DNA from: Octopus sinensis
Lineage: Eukaryota
NCBI RefSeq assembly: GCF_006345805.1
Contig: NC_042998.1
Coordinates: forward strand, 100,316,001 to 100,380,000
Direction: 5' to 3'
Length of the DNA stretch: 64,000 bases
In this document: piece by piece, positions 37,983-51,315 of the stretch
Numbering within the stretch: position 1 is the stretch's first letter
Layout: each line of letters starts with the position of its first letter
Notes under the pieces: model-generated
Databases searched by the model: none
What the model was told of the DNA's origin: nothing
What the model saw: the letters and a program-made list of their open reading frames with translations, nothing else
Translations under genes and position numbers: made by a program

Positions 37983-38077
37983 TTTTCATCCAAGTAGTAT
38001 AGACCAAAATATTCCTTTTCTTTTAAGTTAAGATGCGAGGCCACAAGATCAAGTAGATCTTTGGTGTAAAGTTTTGG
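37983..38077 (-). CDS. FRMD4A/B: Coding exon, FERM F1 lobe (PKLYTKDLLDLVASHLNLKEKEYFGLYYLDE + 2 nt), FRMD4A/B orthologue
   Basis: Minus strand ttttttattgtttattgcag|CCAAAACTTTAC...GATGAAAA|gtaaga: 95 nt, in frame with the 59945-60010 exon, phase 2 end. Matches recalled FRMD4A PKLLAKELLDLVASHFNLKEKEYFGIAFTDE. Confidence 0.95.
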
Positions 38078-38269
38078 CTGCAATAAACAATAAAAAAAGG
38101 ATAATTTAATATCAAATTTAAAATATTCACGTTTTCTTCTGTTTTAGAAAATGTTTCAAGATATTTATAATGCAAATAAAATTTCTATTATGTTAAAAAA
38201 ATATTTATCAAAAAGTTTTGAAACAATTTGGAATATTCGATGTGTTGAAATTACAGATATCAATCACTA

Positions 38270-38840
38270 CCATCATCATTGTCAATGTTTTAGTTATTTT
38301 TCCTTGCTAGCATGGTTTGGATGCTGTGCAGAATATTCTCAACTGTATCAGTCTTCTATCATCTGTTATGCAAGGTCCAACATCTTAAGTTCTGACTTCG
38401 GCATTTCTTCTTCATCTTAGGTTTTCCTCTCTTTCCAGGACTCCCCACTAATAGGTCATCAGTTTTTTGCCTAGTTCTTGGAGTCAAGTTTGATTTATAT
38501 ATGTCCATATCAATATGCCACCAGTACAAGTATTTTTACATAGCACTGGCATGGGTGCATTAATACAGTACTGTCACAGGTGCTTTTTAAGTAGCACTGG
38601 AACCTGAAAGACAAGCCTGTATGTATGGAAGACAGTAATTTTACTTAGCTTGATGCATCTTATCAAATACAGCAAATCGCCATGTCTCCCGATCCCTTGT
38701 TATTTCTTCAGTGAGGCCCAGCATTCAAAAATCCTTTCTCACCACTTCATCCCGTGTCTTTCTGGGTCTACCCATAACACAGGCACCCTCCACAATTAGA
38801 ACTTGACACTTCTTTATGCAGCTGTCCTCATCAATATCAA
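38270..38840 (-). mobile_element. RTE 3' end in the intron just upstream of the 37983-38077 exon
   Basis: Minus strand gatgaagtggtgagaaaggatttttgaatgctgggcctcactgaag ... ccaaaccatgctagcaagg ... tgatgatg. Confidence 0.7.
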
Positions 38841-40619
38841 CAGAAAGCAGAAATTTTCTTAATATAATTCAGTTGTTGGAGAGATACCTTCAAGGATATG
38901 GTTAGTTATATCAATCCCAGGACTTATTCTTTCAAACTCAGAAGAGTGAAAGGCAGGATTTGAACTAAAAACTCTACCAAAGCTGCCATCCATTAAATTA
39001 AACATTTCTGAATACTGAATAGTATTGTTTGCTCTTGATGAAAGACAATGATTGTTTTTGAAAATGGAAGTATAAACAATACAAATAAAATAATACCAGT
39101 ATGAAAGTGTTACTATTTTATGAGCTACAGAGCTAAGGCAACCTTAGTGGGATATGAATTTAAGGATGTAGAGGGGACAAAACAAAAAATACTATACTCA
39201 GATAAGCAATAGACCTTTGTTAGACTCATCTAATACTGATTTATATTAAAGCTTAATATTCATATCCCATTTTATTTATTTATAATCACATTTTATTACA
39301 TATTTCCGAAGGACCGGTCATTGGTTCTCAGCATTAACGATGGTGAGACACACAAGTAGAACCATTCAGCACAGATTTTTAATAGTTTTCTCAGCAATAT
39401 ACAGAAAGAAAGAAAAAAAAAACAGAGAGAGAGAGAGAGGGAGTACCCAGTGAATATGAAGTCTGACTTGTGTGTTTATCTGATTGGTAGTTGATTTGGT
39501 GAGTGATCAATTTACTGAAGTTAGTGTTACAAATGGCTAAGTAATTTGTTTCAGAGAACCCCAGGAGCCTATCTGCCAGGTGTGATAAGGAAGTCAATAA
39601 CATTCATTGTGAAGGTGGTCTCTGCAAGAGAGCTTTGTAAAAACAGTCCATTTGTTCATCTATTAATCCTGATTGTTGTGCACATGCAAAGATTGCTGTT
39701 GTGTTTCCAATGGCTACTCTAAATTTAATTCTTATCATGCACTGATTACCTTAGTTATTTTATGTGTTCCTCTGCAAGCAATTTGCTTACTCCATCTATC
39801 CTGATGTTGTTACCCACCTTGAAAAACTTGTACTTGCATTCCATGCCTCACCTCCATCTTACCTCTTGTACATAGCATACGTCTACTCTAGCATATAAAC
39901 AATCTCTACAAACCTACTTTTCACTGAAACTACATTTTTGGCGGCAGCCCTGAAAGTTTGTACTTGACAAGAAGAGGAGAGTTTAAGATGGTTGTTGAGT
40001 ACATTAGTATCTATTATCAGCACGTGAAAGTAAAATAATTTGTGCAGTCATTTGGCATCAGTCAGTAGGTTCTAACACATGGTCAGAGGTTCCTGATGTT
40101 TACAGCTGGATGTTCCTCCAATTACATCTTCACCATGCATATTTTTATTCTCAGTTATTTTTCTTCTATGAGTTACCTTCCATGCAGTTTGTGGAGGCCA
40201 CAAATCCATGCTGACCACTTGGCATAGCACATACACCTTGCGGATGACGTATGTATTAAATTACAGCAGGTGGGGGAAGACTCATTAAATGGAGAGAGAG
40301 AGAGATAGAGATGATTTGCAGTCTCTTCAGACTATAAAATGTAGAAGGTGCTAGTTGCATGCAAGAGCTCTTGTGGGTGGGATGTACACATAACTTATAG
40401 GTTGGGTTGAAATGAAGTGTAAAATTTGTAAATGAAATAATTAGATAGGATGCATGTATGTGTGTAGAGGAGTAATGTTAAGAAAGGTATAAGGAGAGGA
40501 AGAGGTAGAATTTACCAATAAACAAAATACTTATGTGTATGCGTGATTTTTCTTATAACAGAATTTATATAATTTTGGCTGCATTGCAGTGGATTACATA
40601 CAAATGCCTGGCTGGCTAT

Positions 40620-41990
40620 CAGTTGGTCAGTTGTTTGATCAATGTGTGGTGTTCTATATTGTAATGAATATGCCAGTGCAAATCATGATGAAGAGGAAAT
40701 GTCTGTACAGAATGTCAATGGTGGACTTGCCCTCATTGACACAGAAAAGAAGTATATTAATGTTACTATGAGAAGTTACTGAATGATTAGAATGCATAGG
40801 AGAGAGAAGCTCTACCCTAAGTAGACCCAATACAGGTATCAGCTTTGACGTTTATGGCAGTATGGCTGAAAGCAGGGCTGTGGAATCAAAAAACTCTGAC
40901 ACCTCTACTATTGGCAGCTCCAACTCCTCTTAATGAAATGAAGTGATTGTGGTCTACATATCTCCTAAAACATATGCATACACTTGTACTTTGAGTAGGC
41001 CTATATGTTATAACTGGTTTATATTAAACAATAAAGATATTGTGAGTCAGAGTCAGCAAAACTATACAGACTCCGACTCCAGCTACCCCTTCATTGTTTC
41101 TGACTCGGACTTCACAACTCTGACTCCACCGCCCTGGCTGAAAGCACAATTAAGGATATGAAGGCAGGAAAGATAGTTGGTTTATAAGGGATAGTTGCTG
41201 AGACATTTAAAATACCTGCCAAAAAGAAGTATCTGCAATTAACTTAAATAGGATACAAGCAGTACAGAAAGGCAAAGGAGATACTCTAGAAAGAGGAGAC
41301 AACTGAGTTATCAAATTGTTGTACATGGTTATGACTCTCATAACCTGGAAAGTTACAGCACAGCTAATTAGCAAGGAAATTAGTTCAGATAGGATTCGTT
41401 TTCAGTTTGTTCCAGGACAAGGTCCCATAAATGCCCTCTTCCTAGCGAGTTTTTAACTAAGAATAAGCCATTGTATCTAGCATTTACCAACCTGTAGAAA
41501 GCTTTTGAAAGGTTATTATGTTCTATAGTCTAACAGTCATTAAGAAAACTGGGAATAGAATAACAGCTTGAGAGAGTCATGTAAGCTGTGTACAGAGATG
41601 TTGTTGGCAACTTAGAAACAAGGTCAGTGAACAAAGTCAGCATGCAAGTAGGAGTCCAACAAGGCTTGGTTCTCAACCCCCTCCTGATTATTTATTAAAG
41701 TTCTCCAGGACATAAAGAAGCTTAAGACTGGTCGTTGTGGGGAACACCTGTATGCCAGTGACTGAGTTCATATAAATGAATCAGCCAAAGATTCAAAGAA
41801 GAAATTCTGCATGTGGAAATAAAAGTTAAGAATTAAGAGATCTCAAAGTGAACCTAATACAAACAATGTTTTCTTGAAGAGGGGGGAAAAATGACGGGAC
41901 TTGATCACTATGTGAAAAATGGCCAACAGAAGTAGCTAGCAACAAGAATTCCAGTGTAATAAATTCATTCAAATTGTCAACAGGGGGTTA
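40620..41990 (+). pseudogene. Degenerate RTE ORF2 (pre-RT through RT core), interrupted by a hAT MITE
   Basis: Remnants TIKDMKAGK, KGDTLERG, VGVQQGLVLNPLL, LYA..; many stops and indels. Confidence 0.75.
40873..41136. mobile_element. hAT-like MITE (264 bp)
   Basis: Terminal inverted repeats CAGGGCTGTGGAATC / CAGGGCGGTGGAGTC (rc), internal GACTCC repeats, perfect 8-bp TSD GCTGAAAG at 40865-40872 and 41137-41144. Confidence 0.9.
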
Positions 41991-42121
41991 TAATTAGTTG
42001 AAAATCCATTCTAGTTTAGCAACCAGCTTAGCAATAGAAGAGGTTGCATTGCAAAATGGAAAAATGAATAAATGCATGTGTGCATGTGTACATGTATGCA
42101 TATACATGCACGGATGTATAT

Positions 42122-42672
42122 ATAATAATAATAATAATAATAATTGTGTACAGTGCTCAGGTGCACTACAACTCATCTAAAGTGTATATATAATCAGGTG
42201 TAGTTTCGGCGGATTTCGGAAAGCATGAGGGCCTTAAAGGATACAGTGTCATGGCAGTCAACAACTGACGCAGGCAGTTTATTCCATGCTTCAGCAACTC
42301 TGAGCGTGAAAAAATGTTTCTGAAAGTCATGGGAGCTGTGTTGTTTTCTGACTTTGTAGGCATGTCCACGTGTGTTAGACACATGGAGATCAAAAAGGTG
42401 TTCAGTGTTGTTGTTGGTGAGGTGGTTGATAACCTTGTGGGTGTTTACCAAGTCCGTCGCCAGACGCCGGAGCTTCAGTGAATCCATGCCCAGGGAAACA
42501 AGGTGCTCAGAATATGGTAGGTGTCTGATGGAGGGTATGCGTTTGGTTGCACGTCTCTGGACAGATTCCAGGAGGTCAATGTTCTGAGCAAGATAGGGAT
42601 TCCAAACTGATGATGCGAATTCCAAGTGTGGTCGTACCATAGCTGTATACAGTTTTAAATAGGCAACAACAC
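42122..42672 (-). mobile_element. 5'-truncated CR1-group LINE (ORF2 C-terminus, short 3' UTR, (TAT)n tail)
   Basis: LKLYTAMVRPHLEFASSVWNPY..LESVQRRATK..RRLATDL..TRGH..FFTLRVAEAWNKLP, open to its stop at 42194. Confidence 0.93.
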
Positions 42673-43377
42673 CTTGGACCTGCTCTTCACCACAACCATG
42701 TATCGAAGGCAAAGATAATGACGATAAAGGTAGTGGTAATGGGCTTCCATACTTTCCGTGTGCCCTGTTCCACTCCACTGCATTGGTTAATGGAAGGCTA
42801 TGATAAAAGATACTTGCCCAAGATACTGTGCAGTCGAACTGAACCTATGACCATGTGGATACAAAGCAAACATCTTAACATAGAGCCACACTTACCTTTA
42901 TACATAGATTTTAAATAATTTGATCGTTTTCTGTTATATTAAGAAATATACGACATGTTTTTAGCTGTTGTTAGCTAAGAAATGAAAGACTGATCAACTT
43001 TCTTTTATCTCAGTATAAACTCTTAACAGAGCTGACTTCCAGTAACCATAAAAGCAGTCAGTTACAGATGATGGCTTTGCAAGGTAAAGGAGAGGGTATG
43101 GATTCTTAACACATCAAATTAGTTCAGGAGGCAATTATATTATATGTGATTTATACACACACACTGTAGCAAAAGGAAGAGTTTCTGATAGTACTGGCAC
43201 AACTTACAGATTAATTTTAGGTTTGTTTTTTCTTTTAATATATAAAAAAAGGTGATATCTAAGGTTAAATAAAAACATGTGAAATCCATAGAAGAATTTA
43301 TCTAAAACAGGTGGAGAAAAGGAATTATAATCTTACACACATACATTTACATACACACACATAAATATCTATCTATA

Positions 43378-43380
<3 letters not shown>

Positions 43381-43450
<70 letters not shown>
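43381..43450. repeat. (AT)35 microsatellite
   Basis: Direct reading. Confidence 0.97.
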
Positions 43451-43454
<4 letters not shown>

Positions 43455-46400
43455 CTATAAATGGATGTAAAATGTTAATGTCGATAAAGATAAACTTTTG
43501 GGTCAAAATCATCACAATAATCTAAGTGTTGGCAGACTCATGCAAAGATTCTGTACAATAAATACAAATAATAAAACATTTTAAAATAAAGTAAATAAAA
43601 ACAAAAGTTTACATCCTTTTATTCCTATTTTTATTTGATTTTGATTTCTATTTCTGTTTGCTTATTGATGAATACTTAATTTTGTAACCTCTTTACATAA
43701 AGTGCAAATCACAAATTAGAAATCTTAGAAGGAAAACATAAGACAAAATGAATTAATGTAAATTTGACTTTACGTTAAGGTGTTAAAAATTAATCACTGA
43801 TAAGGGATGATCAAATTATTTCAATGAGCTCTATCATAAATGTTACAATTAGTTTATGTTGGATTGAGTTTTGAAAGAAAAAAAATTCAGATACACTAGG
43901 ACAGTAGTTTAAACTAAAAATCATCAAATTTAATTAAATCATCATGAGCATGGATAACAGCGGAATCAAAACAATGACATACAGAGTTCTTCTTAGTACA
44001 TTCCAGCAAATTTAAAACTGAATATGCTAATTGCTATTGCATTTTTGCCTTTCGAGCTTCTCCTTTCATATGATGTATGTTTATAACCCATTGGTTCAAA
44101 GAGGTAAGGGGACTTTGAGACTCCAAAGTGCTTCAACCCGGTTGTGTTTACTCAGTCCATCCTGGTTGTGAATCTAAACAAGAACTGTGGTTTTTGTTCA
44201 TAAATAAGTAAAATGCCTAGCTGGCATCTGGAAGGGGAGGCTGTCCTCACAACCTATATGCTGCAGTGGGTACCACTGGATGATGGACTCTGGTGATGAT
44301 GTTATTCCATGCTTCCTGATCCATGGTACTGGCCTTAGCATGTTTGAGGTTGAGGCACTGCAAATTCAGGCCTTCCTCAATTTTTTTTGTTTTGCCCAGG
44401 TCTTCTATGATGCACTACACTGGATTCTCCAGTGCATGGGTTTCTGCCACTACAAAAGTTGTGTTTATAGAGTTCAGTAAGCAAAATATTTGTTGCTGCA
44501 ATCTGGTGTCTGCCAATTTGATAATAAATCATCATGTGCACGAAGAACAGTAAAAATCAAAACAACAATGCACAGGTTCATTAATATACTCTGGAAGATT
44601 CAAACCTGAACATGCTAATCAATGTTGTATGTCACTTTCACAGAACAACTCCTTTCAGACAACATGTGCTCATAGCACACTGGAGGTAAGGGGAGTTTGA
44701 AATGATGGTATGAAACTTTATAGAAGTTAGAATTTAGCAGTTTTCCTCCCTTTCTTTAATTAATTCAACATTTACATATTTTCTATAGATTGCCTTCAAT
44801 AACAATGAACACCTCATTTTTATCCTTAGTTATTAATCAGCCCACCCACTTTATCAAACTATTTCAACTATTTCGGTAGGGGTCTGTAGAAAGAGTGTGA
44901 CGATTACAATCAACAGTTAATGTTCCCCTACAACTCAACTGGGACTCACTAACTTGAGAGAGCCATCACCACCATCATATTAACATTCTCACTTTTGTGA
45001 TGGCAAAAGTTGTACAGCTCTGCCATAGAGAATATTGCCAATTATCTCAGTCTTTCATCATCTATTCTGTAAAGCTCATCATCCTAAGGTTTGAGTACAT
45101 CTTTCTCAATATCTTTTTTTCCCACAAATATCCTTCACTTGAGATACATATCACATTTTCCTCCAACAGAAATACTCTGCCCCATACCAACACAGTTGTC
45201 TCCCCTGTACATTCTGGTTGATGCCTTCAATGACTCGTCACATTCTTAACTTTACGTTCTATCCTCATGAGGGTCTGGCATTACACATTCAAGGAATCAA
45301 GCTTACCTAATTTCTTTCTAACTCCCTAAGATTTCTCCCACATTTAGAACCTTAGTCTCATACTTAGTTGGGCATGTGATAATAAAGACGCATTTGTTTC
45401 ATAACAAGATTTCCACAAGATCCCAGTGCAGTACTTTAATAACTCTTCAAATGGGATTCAAGTTTTCAAGTTTTCATGCACTTACAAGACTGGGCCACTC
45501 CTTTTCGTAATACCTATACATTAATCTGTACACACAAGATGATGTTAATGATAAATAACCAAAGAGGATTAATGACTTTCAGAAGTTAAATAACTCCGAA
45601 CCAAGTCATCCAAACTAACAACTATAAACATTTGAAGATGAGGGAAATTATTACACAAGAGATAGATGTTAAGGGTGGGATACTGAACGATAGTCATGAG
45701 ATCGAATCAGTAACTACGCTGTGCTTCTGAATGGAGTACATAACTTTCCTTGTTCTAGTTTGCCTGGGTGAACATCAAACAGACTATTTGCTAATGTTAT
45801 TCTTGAGTGCTTAGCAGAAGGGAGGGTATGTAGGTATAAAAATACACATTGACTCTGACAAAAGAGCCATACTACCTATGCGAGCATAGATGTAAAACAG
45901 GAAAAATATGGGTAAAATGTTATTATCTTAACCTTTGTTAATCATTTGTAAATTCTATTGTGTTGATTTTATTCTTCTGTTTTCTCTCTCCAACTTGGAT
46001 AATATTTAGTAAAGATTTGTATTTTTTTTTTATCCAGATGTACTTGCAACATATTTATCCCTATCTGTTTATATATACAAAAACACCCACCTGTGTCAAT
46101 GTACATTAGACTTTTAGAGCCCCAAGTAAATGTTTCTGCTATTCATAACCAAATAAGTTTGTATTTTCATTTTTTATCACCTGCAACTGAAGACTCGCCA
46201 TCCTCTTCTAAGCTCAATATCTACTTCAGTTATTCAATCAAGCTTTATCTGAATGCAAATATATAGTTTAACATACTTGTGGTTGCAATTTGAACATTTT
46301 AAGGTAAAGTGTCATCAGTCTCAACAACTACAAAACACAATACAACACAACAGTTTGATGTGCAATACATTCTAATCTACAAACACCATGTAGACGACAC

Positions 46401-48488
46401 AGTACTCAGGTAGCCCCACCTCCAATAATTATTAATTTGTAGTTATAAGTTAAAATTGATTGATTTGTCCCTCTCAGCCTTAACTAAAATATAACTTAAG
46501 CTAATTCTTTAATAGTCTAGAATAAATGCTAAATTGTGAGTCTCTCAATTCTTAAGTGCAATCAATTGAATATGTGCTTTGTTTATTAATTCTAATTTTC
46601 ATGACATAATGCAGCTTCCTTAACATTATGACCTATTATCTAAGGAATCCTACTTTGTGTTATCTACCCAACAATTCCTCTTTGTTAATTGCTTAACAAG
46701 CAGCACTCTAATCTTGAAAATGTAAGCTGTGACCAGCCTTTCTTTCATCTGCTTATTTAATCAATGACTACAATTTAATCCTAACAGGCAATCAGCTGGA
46801 AAATTCATAACATGTAAATAAATACAGTGCATTAGCACGACATCGGTAAATAATTCATCAAGTTTCTAAAAGTACATCAAATAACTATGGCTGTCTTTTC
46901 CAGAAATTATTTTTTCATAACAGAGTTCTTGGAAAGGACTTTTAAGGGATCAGAGATTAAACTCCCTGTAGTTATTTTATAAACCTCCATAGAGAGATGA
47001 ACCATAACAATTTGAACTCAGAACTGCACGATATAAAACTAAATCCTGTAGACCATCAAATATGGAGCCTTCACTATCTATAATATAATCTCAAAATGAT
47101 TTCAAAGAGAAAAGGCTTTTCATAGAATAAAAGCCAATTTAGTACTGAGCAATTCAGACCAAATCTACCATTAACACACACACATGCATGTGTGTGTGTG
47201 TGTGTGTTAACACTATAAGAATTATATAATCTTTTTTTCTTTTTTGAGAGAATGTGAACTAATTTGTTTTGGAATATATAGTATGTGGTAACTTCTTTAT
47301 GAGACTACAGGGTGAAAGTTTTGAAAAATTATTTGTTGAATTAGTAAAAATATTTTCGTGAACTTTTTTTTTTTTCTGGAGACTTCTATTTTACAATTCA
47401 TAATTTCACAACTAACTTCACCTGAAGTGACACACCTAACTCCAATATCTTTCTAACCATGTGTACAAACTGTTTCAGCAAATATGTTCAGTCTTTCATT
47501 AGTAATGTTGCTTCAGTCCTGGAAAATATCACCTGGCTGTTTTTAAGCTAAAGCAAAACAGTAATAATAACACCAAGTTAACTAATCTCACAGTTAATAT
47601 TTTTCTCCACTTCCTGACCAAGATAACCTTTCCAATTTTTGAGTCCAGTCCTTAATATCTAGTCAACTATAAACTATCAAATGGGAGAAATAATCAGTGC
47701 CTGGTCTAAACAACAAAATGAAAACATTATGGTGCTTGTCAATATTAAACTACTTTGATTTCAAGTGTAAAGCCGAACTGTTACACTTCCAGCAACAGTC
47801 AGTGGAACCATACATAAACTTCAACTAACAAGTGAGACAGGTGCTCATCTACAACTAGTATAGTGATTAGTCAGTTAATAACCTACCTTGGTAAATGGAA
47901 TAAATTCACTCAAAGACACTCTCCTGTCTGATAATACATTTAAAAGGAAAATAAAGAAATAACAAAAAAAAAAAGAAAAGAAAAAAGAAAAGAAAAAAAT
48001 ATTTTCTTTGTAGAGCACATCTGAAATAAAACAGGCTAGTATTTCAATACATTGGTAGTTGAGTTTCTTTTTTTTACATTTCCTTGCAGATGTGTGTGTG
48101 TGTGTGCGTGCGTGTGTGTGTGTGTCTGAGAGAGAGAGTACTTTCTACAATACAGTACAAGTATACTTAAAATTTATAAGATCTGAAAGCAAGCTTGAGA
48201 TAGTTACAAGTAAACAATAGTATGTAGAATTAGACTGAGTTTATTGATAAAATTAACATGTATATATTTAAATAGGCAAAGCAGGAGAATGTAAAAAATT
48301 TATGGAAGACACATCTGTGATGCAGAGAATGGAGTGTATTGGTGAGTGACTCAAAATAAACTAATGTCACATGAAATTTATTCTTAATTTTCTTTTATTA
48401 TAATTCTATTCATGTCTAGGATGGTTCATAGGAACAGAAAACTGACTCTGGTACTTAAATGCTATATTAGCTCCAAAAGAGTTGAAAA

Positions 48489-48930
48489 CAGGACCACATT
48501 AAGACCCATAGAGGCCCCTAAATACTTAACAAATTTTGCTGTCCCCATATATATGTAATTCACAATAGAAACAATAATAAACCATAAGATAATTTTTTTA
48601 TTTTTAAAAAAGAAACAAAACTAACAGCAAGATGGAAAATAATGTTGATTTTTGTATATTCCCTCTTTATTTATATTTGAAAATTTTTCTATTTTTTTTA
48701 TTGCAAAGATTAAAAAAAAATTTTTTATTTTTATTTTTTAGATCCTCCCTATGACACCATGAACACATGGAAATTATATTTCTGAGCATATAAACCACTT
48801 TGAATATTATTTTAGCAAGTCGAAAGTGATTTCTTTTGTACTGTAAACCATTTACCATTTCTGTGGTGCCCCACTTTCCCTTGATGCCCTAAGTACATGC
48901 TTATTTTGCTTAATGGTTAATCCAACACTG
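48489..48930. mobile_element. hAT-like MITE (~440 bp)
   Basis: Degenerate TIRs CAGGACCACATTAA / CAGTGTTGGATTAA (rc); 8-bp TSD GTTGAAAA vs GTTGAAAG (7/8). Confidence 0.75.
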
Positions 48931-50412
48931 GTTGAAAGGCAAACTCAAAATGTAAAATGCCTTATCAAAATTCTGCAGGCATTTTATTTGATGCTCAAAT
49001 AATTCTCCCAATCCACCACCTAAATTGCATGATATATGTGTGTGTGTGAGAGAGAGAGAGAGAAGTCTGATGATGTATGGTAATGTGATCTACCAGGGGA
49101 ATATTCCCAACAGCTGAAGATCAAGGAGTTTAAAATGAAATGATCAATGTGTTGAATACAATTAAAACTTTAATGGAGTGTGAATGAATTGAATAAGCTC
49201 CAGTCACTGTTTGGAACCAAGTAAAAACAAATGATTATGTAATATTCATCACCATCATTGTTTAACATCCACCTTCCATGCTGGCATGAGTGAGAAATGA
49301 ATAATATATACTATACTATACTATAATATGTGTAAAGTGGTTATTCAGGGTTGCTGAGACCATAAAAAATGAATTGACAAAAACAAATGACAAAACTGGA
49401 GATATGATATATTACAAATTGTCTGCTCTAAGTTGGCATGGCAAAGGCAGATAACTAATTATATTGTTTGTATGCAATATAACAATCTTAGACTAAAGAC
49501 ATATGAACAAGGTTGTAAAACATTGCACATAGTACTAATAACATGGGACAGCAGATTATAGTATAAATTGCAGAAATGAATTAAACTTTCCATTTCAGTT
49601 CCTTTGATAAATATACTGTAGACATCGTCTATTACATGATATTAGTATTTAATATTTGATTCAATGATTACTCAATATTAAGCTGATGTGTTTGAATTCC
49701 GAGCCAACATAAAAAATTTTTCCATCCAAATTTTAATAAAACTTAACAATAATTATCCTAGAATACGAAGAAAGGAAATAATGTTCTATTTCTATACCTG
49801 GTTAAAAGCCAGAATAAAAACTGTGAATCATCTAGTTGCAAAATATTTTTTTTGCTAGTCATTTTATTCATATATTTATTTTGTATTTGATAATGTGACT
49901 GAAATTTTTCTCCCTTAAATCATTTTAAACAACTCCACCCTTTCAATAATGCCAAAAAATAAAACCAAGCTATTTGCTGCTAAATTGCTATTGTTATTAA
50001 TTCTTCATAGTTTTATATGAGTTTAGCAAAACATTTTACAATTGGTTTTATTGTAATTATAAAAATACTCTAATGTGATAGAAGACCAGTGTGTTTACTG
50101 TCACAAACTGAAGAGTCCTCTAGTCTGTATTTATTTCATTTTGAAATGTCTGATCACATGTGTTATGTGAGCCAAAAGTAAGATACATGCAAATGTGCAG
50201 TATCACAAAAGTTTTAATTTATATCAGCATAAAAAAATTTTTAAAAACAAAAACAAAAAAAGAATGTTAAACTGATAGTCAGAATGATAGTAATGGTGGT
50301 GATGGGCCACTAGCTGTAATATTTGGTTTTATAAAGAAAATACAATTCTCGCCAAATAATTCCACTCAAAACAGGAGTCAGTGGTGGAGAAACATTTCAA
50401 GAAATCATTTAA

Positions 50413-50624
50413 TCATTTAGCATCCATACTCAGCCCAAATATTCTACCTGTTTTGACATTCAAACTGGCTATGTGTAGCCTGTCACACCAACCCTACAGT
50501 GTCATTCTACAAGTAAACAATCACATCACTGAAACGTCATAACTGTGAGATAGTGCATAATTAATACAAAGCAATATGAGTAAGTAAGCATTACATTTAA
50601 TAGAGTAAACTGAACGTGAAAGGG
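50413..50624 (-). mobile_element. TTAA-type MITE, same family as 30385-31218
   Basis: TTAA at 50409-50412 and 50625-50628; colinear with the inner MITE body. Confidence 0.8.
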
Positions 50625-51315
50625 TTAAGTTCAAAGTGCTCAAAAATAATTGTTTCTAATTTAGGTACAAGGCCAACAATTTTGGTTGGAGGGGTTAGTT
50701 GATATCATCAATCCTTGGAATTGACTTTATTTTTGTGACTCTGAGAAAATGAAAGACAATGTTGACCTCAGTAGGAACTGAACCTAGAGCATAAAGAGCC
50801 AGAAGACATACCATAAATTACATTTTCCACACAGCAAGACAAGTTAATATGTATAAATTTGTATGGTACAACAGCAAATATATTGTGTTTGGGTGATTGT
50901 AGCACTTATAATAAATAAACGTAGGAGTTGTTTTTCCTTATACGGAAGTAGGCGAAGTTTTTGATTCCAACACAAAATTGTTGATCAGCAGATTAAATTG
51001 ACAACTGACAGCCAAGAAGAACCAATTTGAAGTTATATGTTTTAACTCAAAGTGATATAACAGGATACAAACATGCTGCCAATTTGGCAAATGCAACTTT
51101 TTTTTAGAAAACATGTTTAAATTATTGGGGCTTTTTTTTCCACAAAATCAAAGCAGCAACAGAAACAAAGCAAAATGTCGTTACTTTGGTTAGTCAATTT
51201 GAATAAACAAAAGGATTAGTGATTAAGTAGAGTTCTTTCATAAATGTTTGCTTTACATCATCAATCAATGCTGAGATGATGTAAAAAGTAATATTATTAT
51301 TATTATCATCATTAG

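Noticed and set aside
44030-44075. Hammerhead-like (c/a)TGAAAG-gag aag ctc-GAAA on the minus strand of the 44-kb repeats
   Set aside because: Core reads UGAAAG rather than CUGANGA, and stems I and III cannot be assigned.
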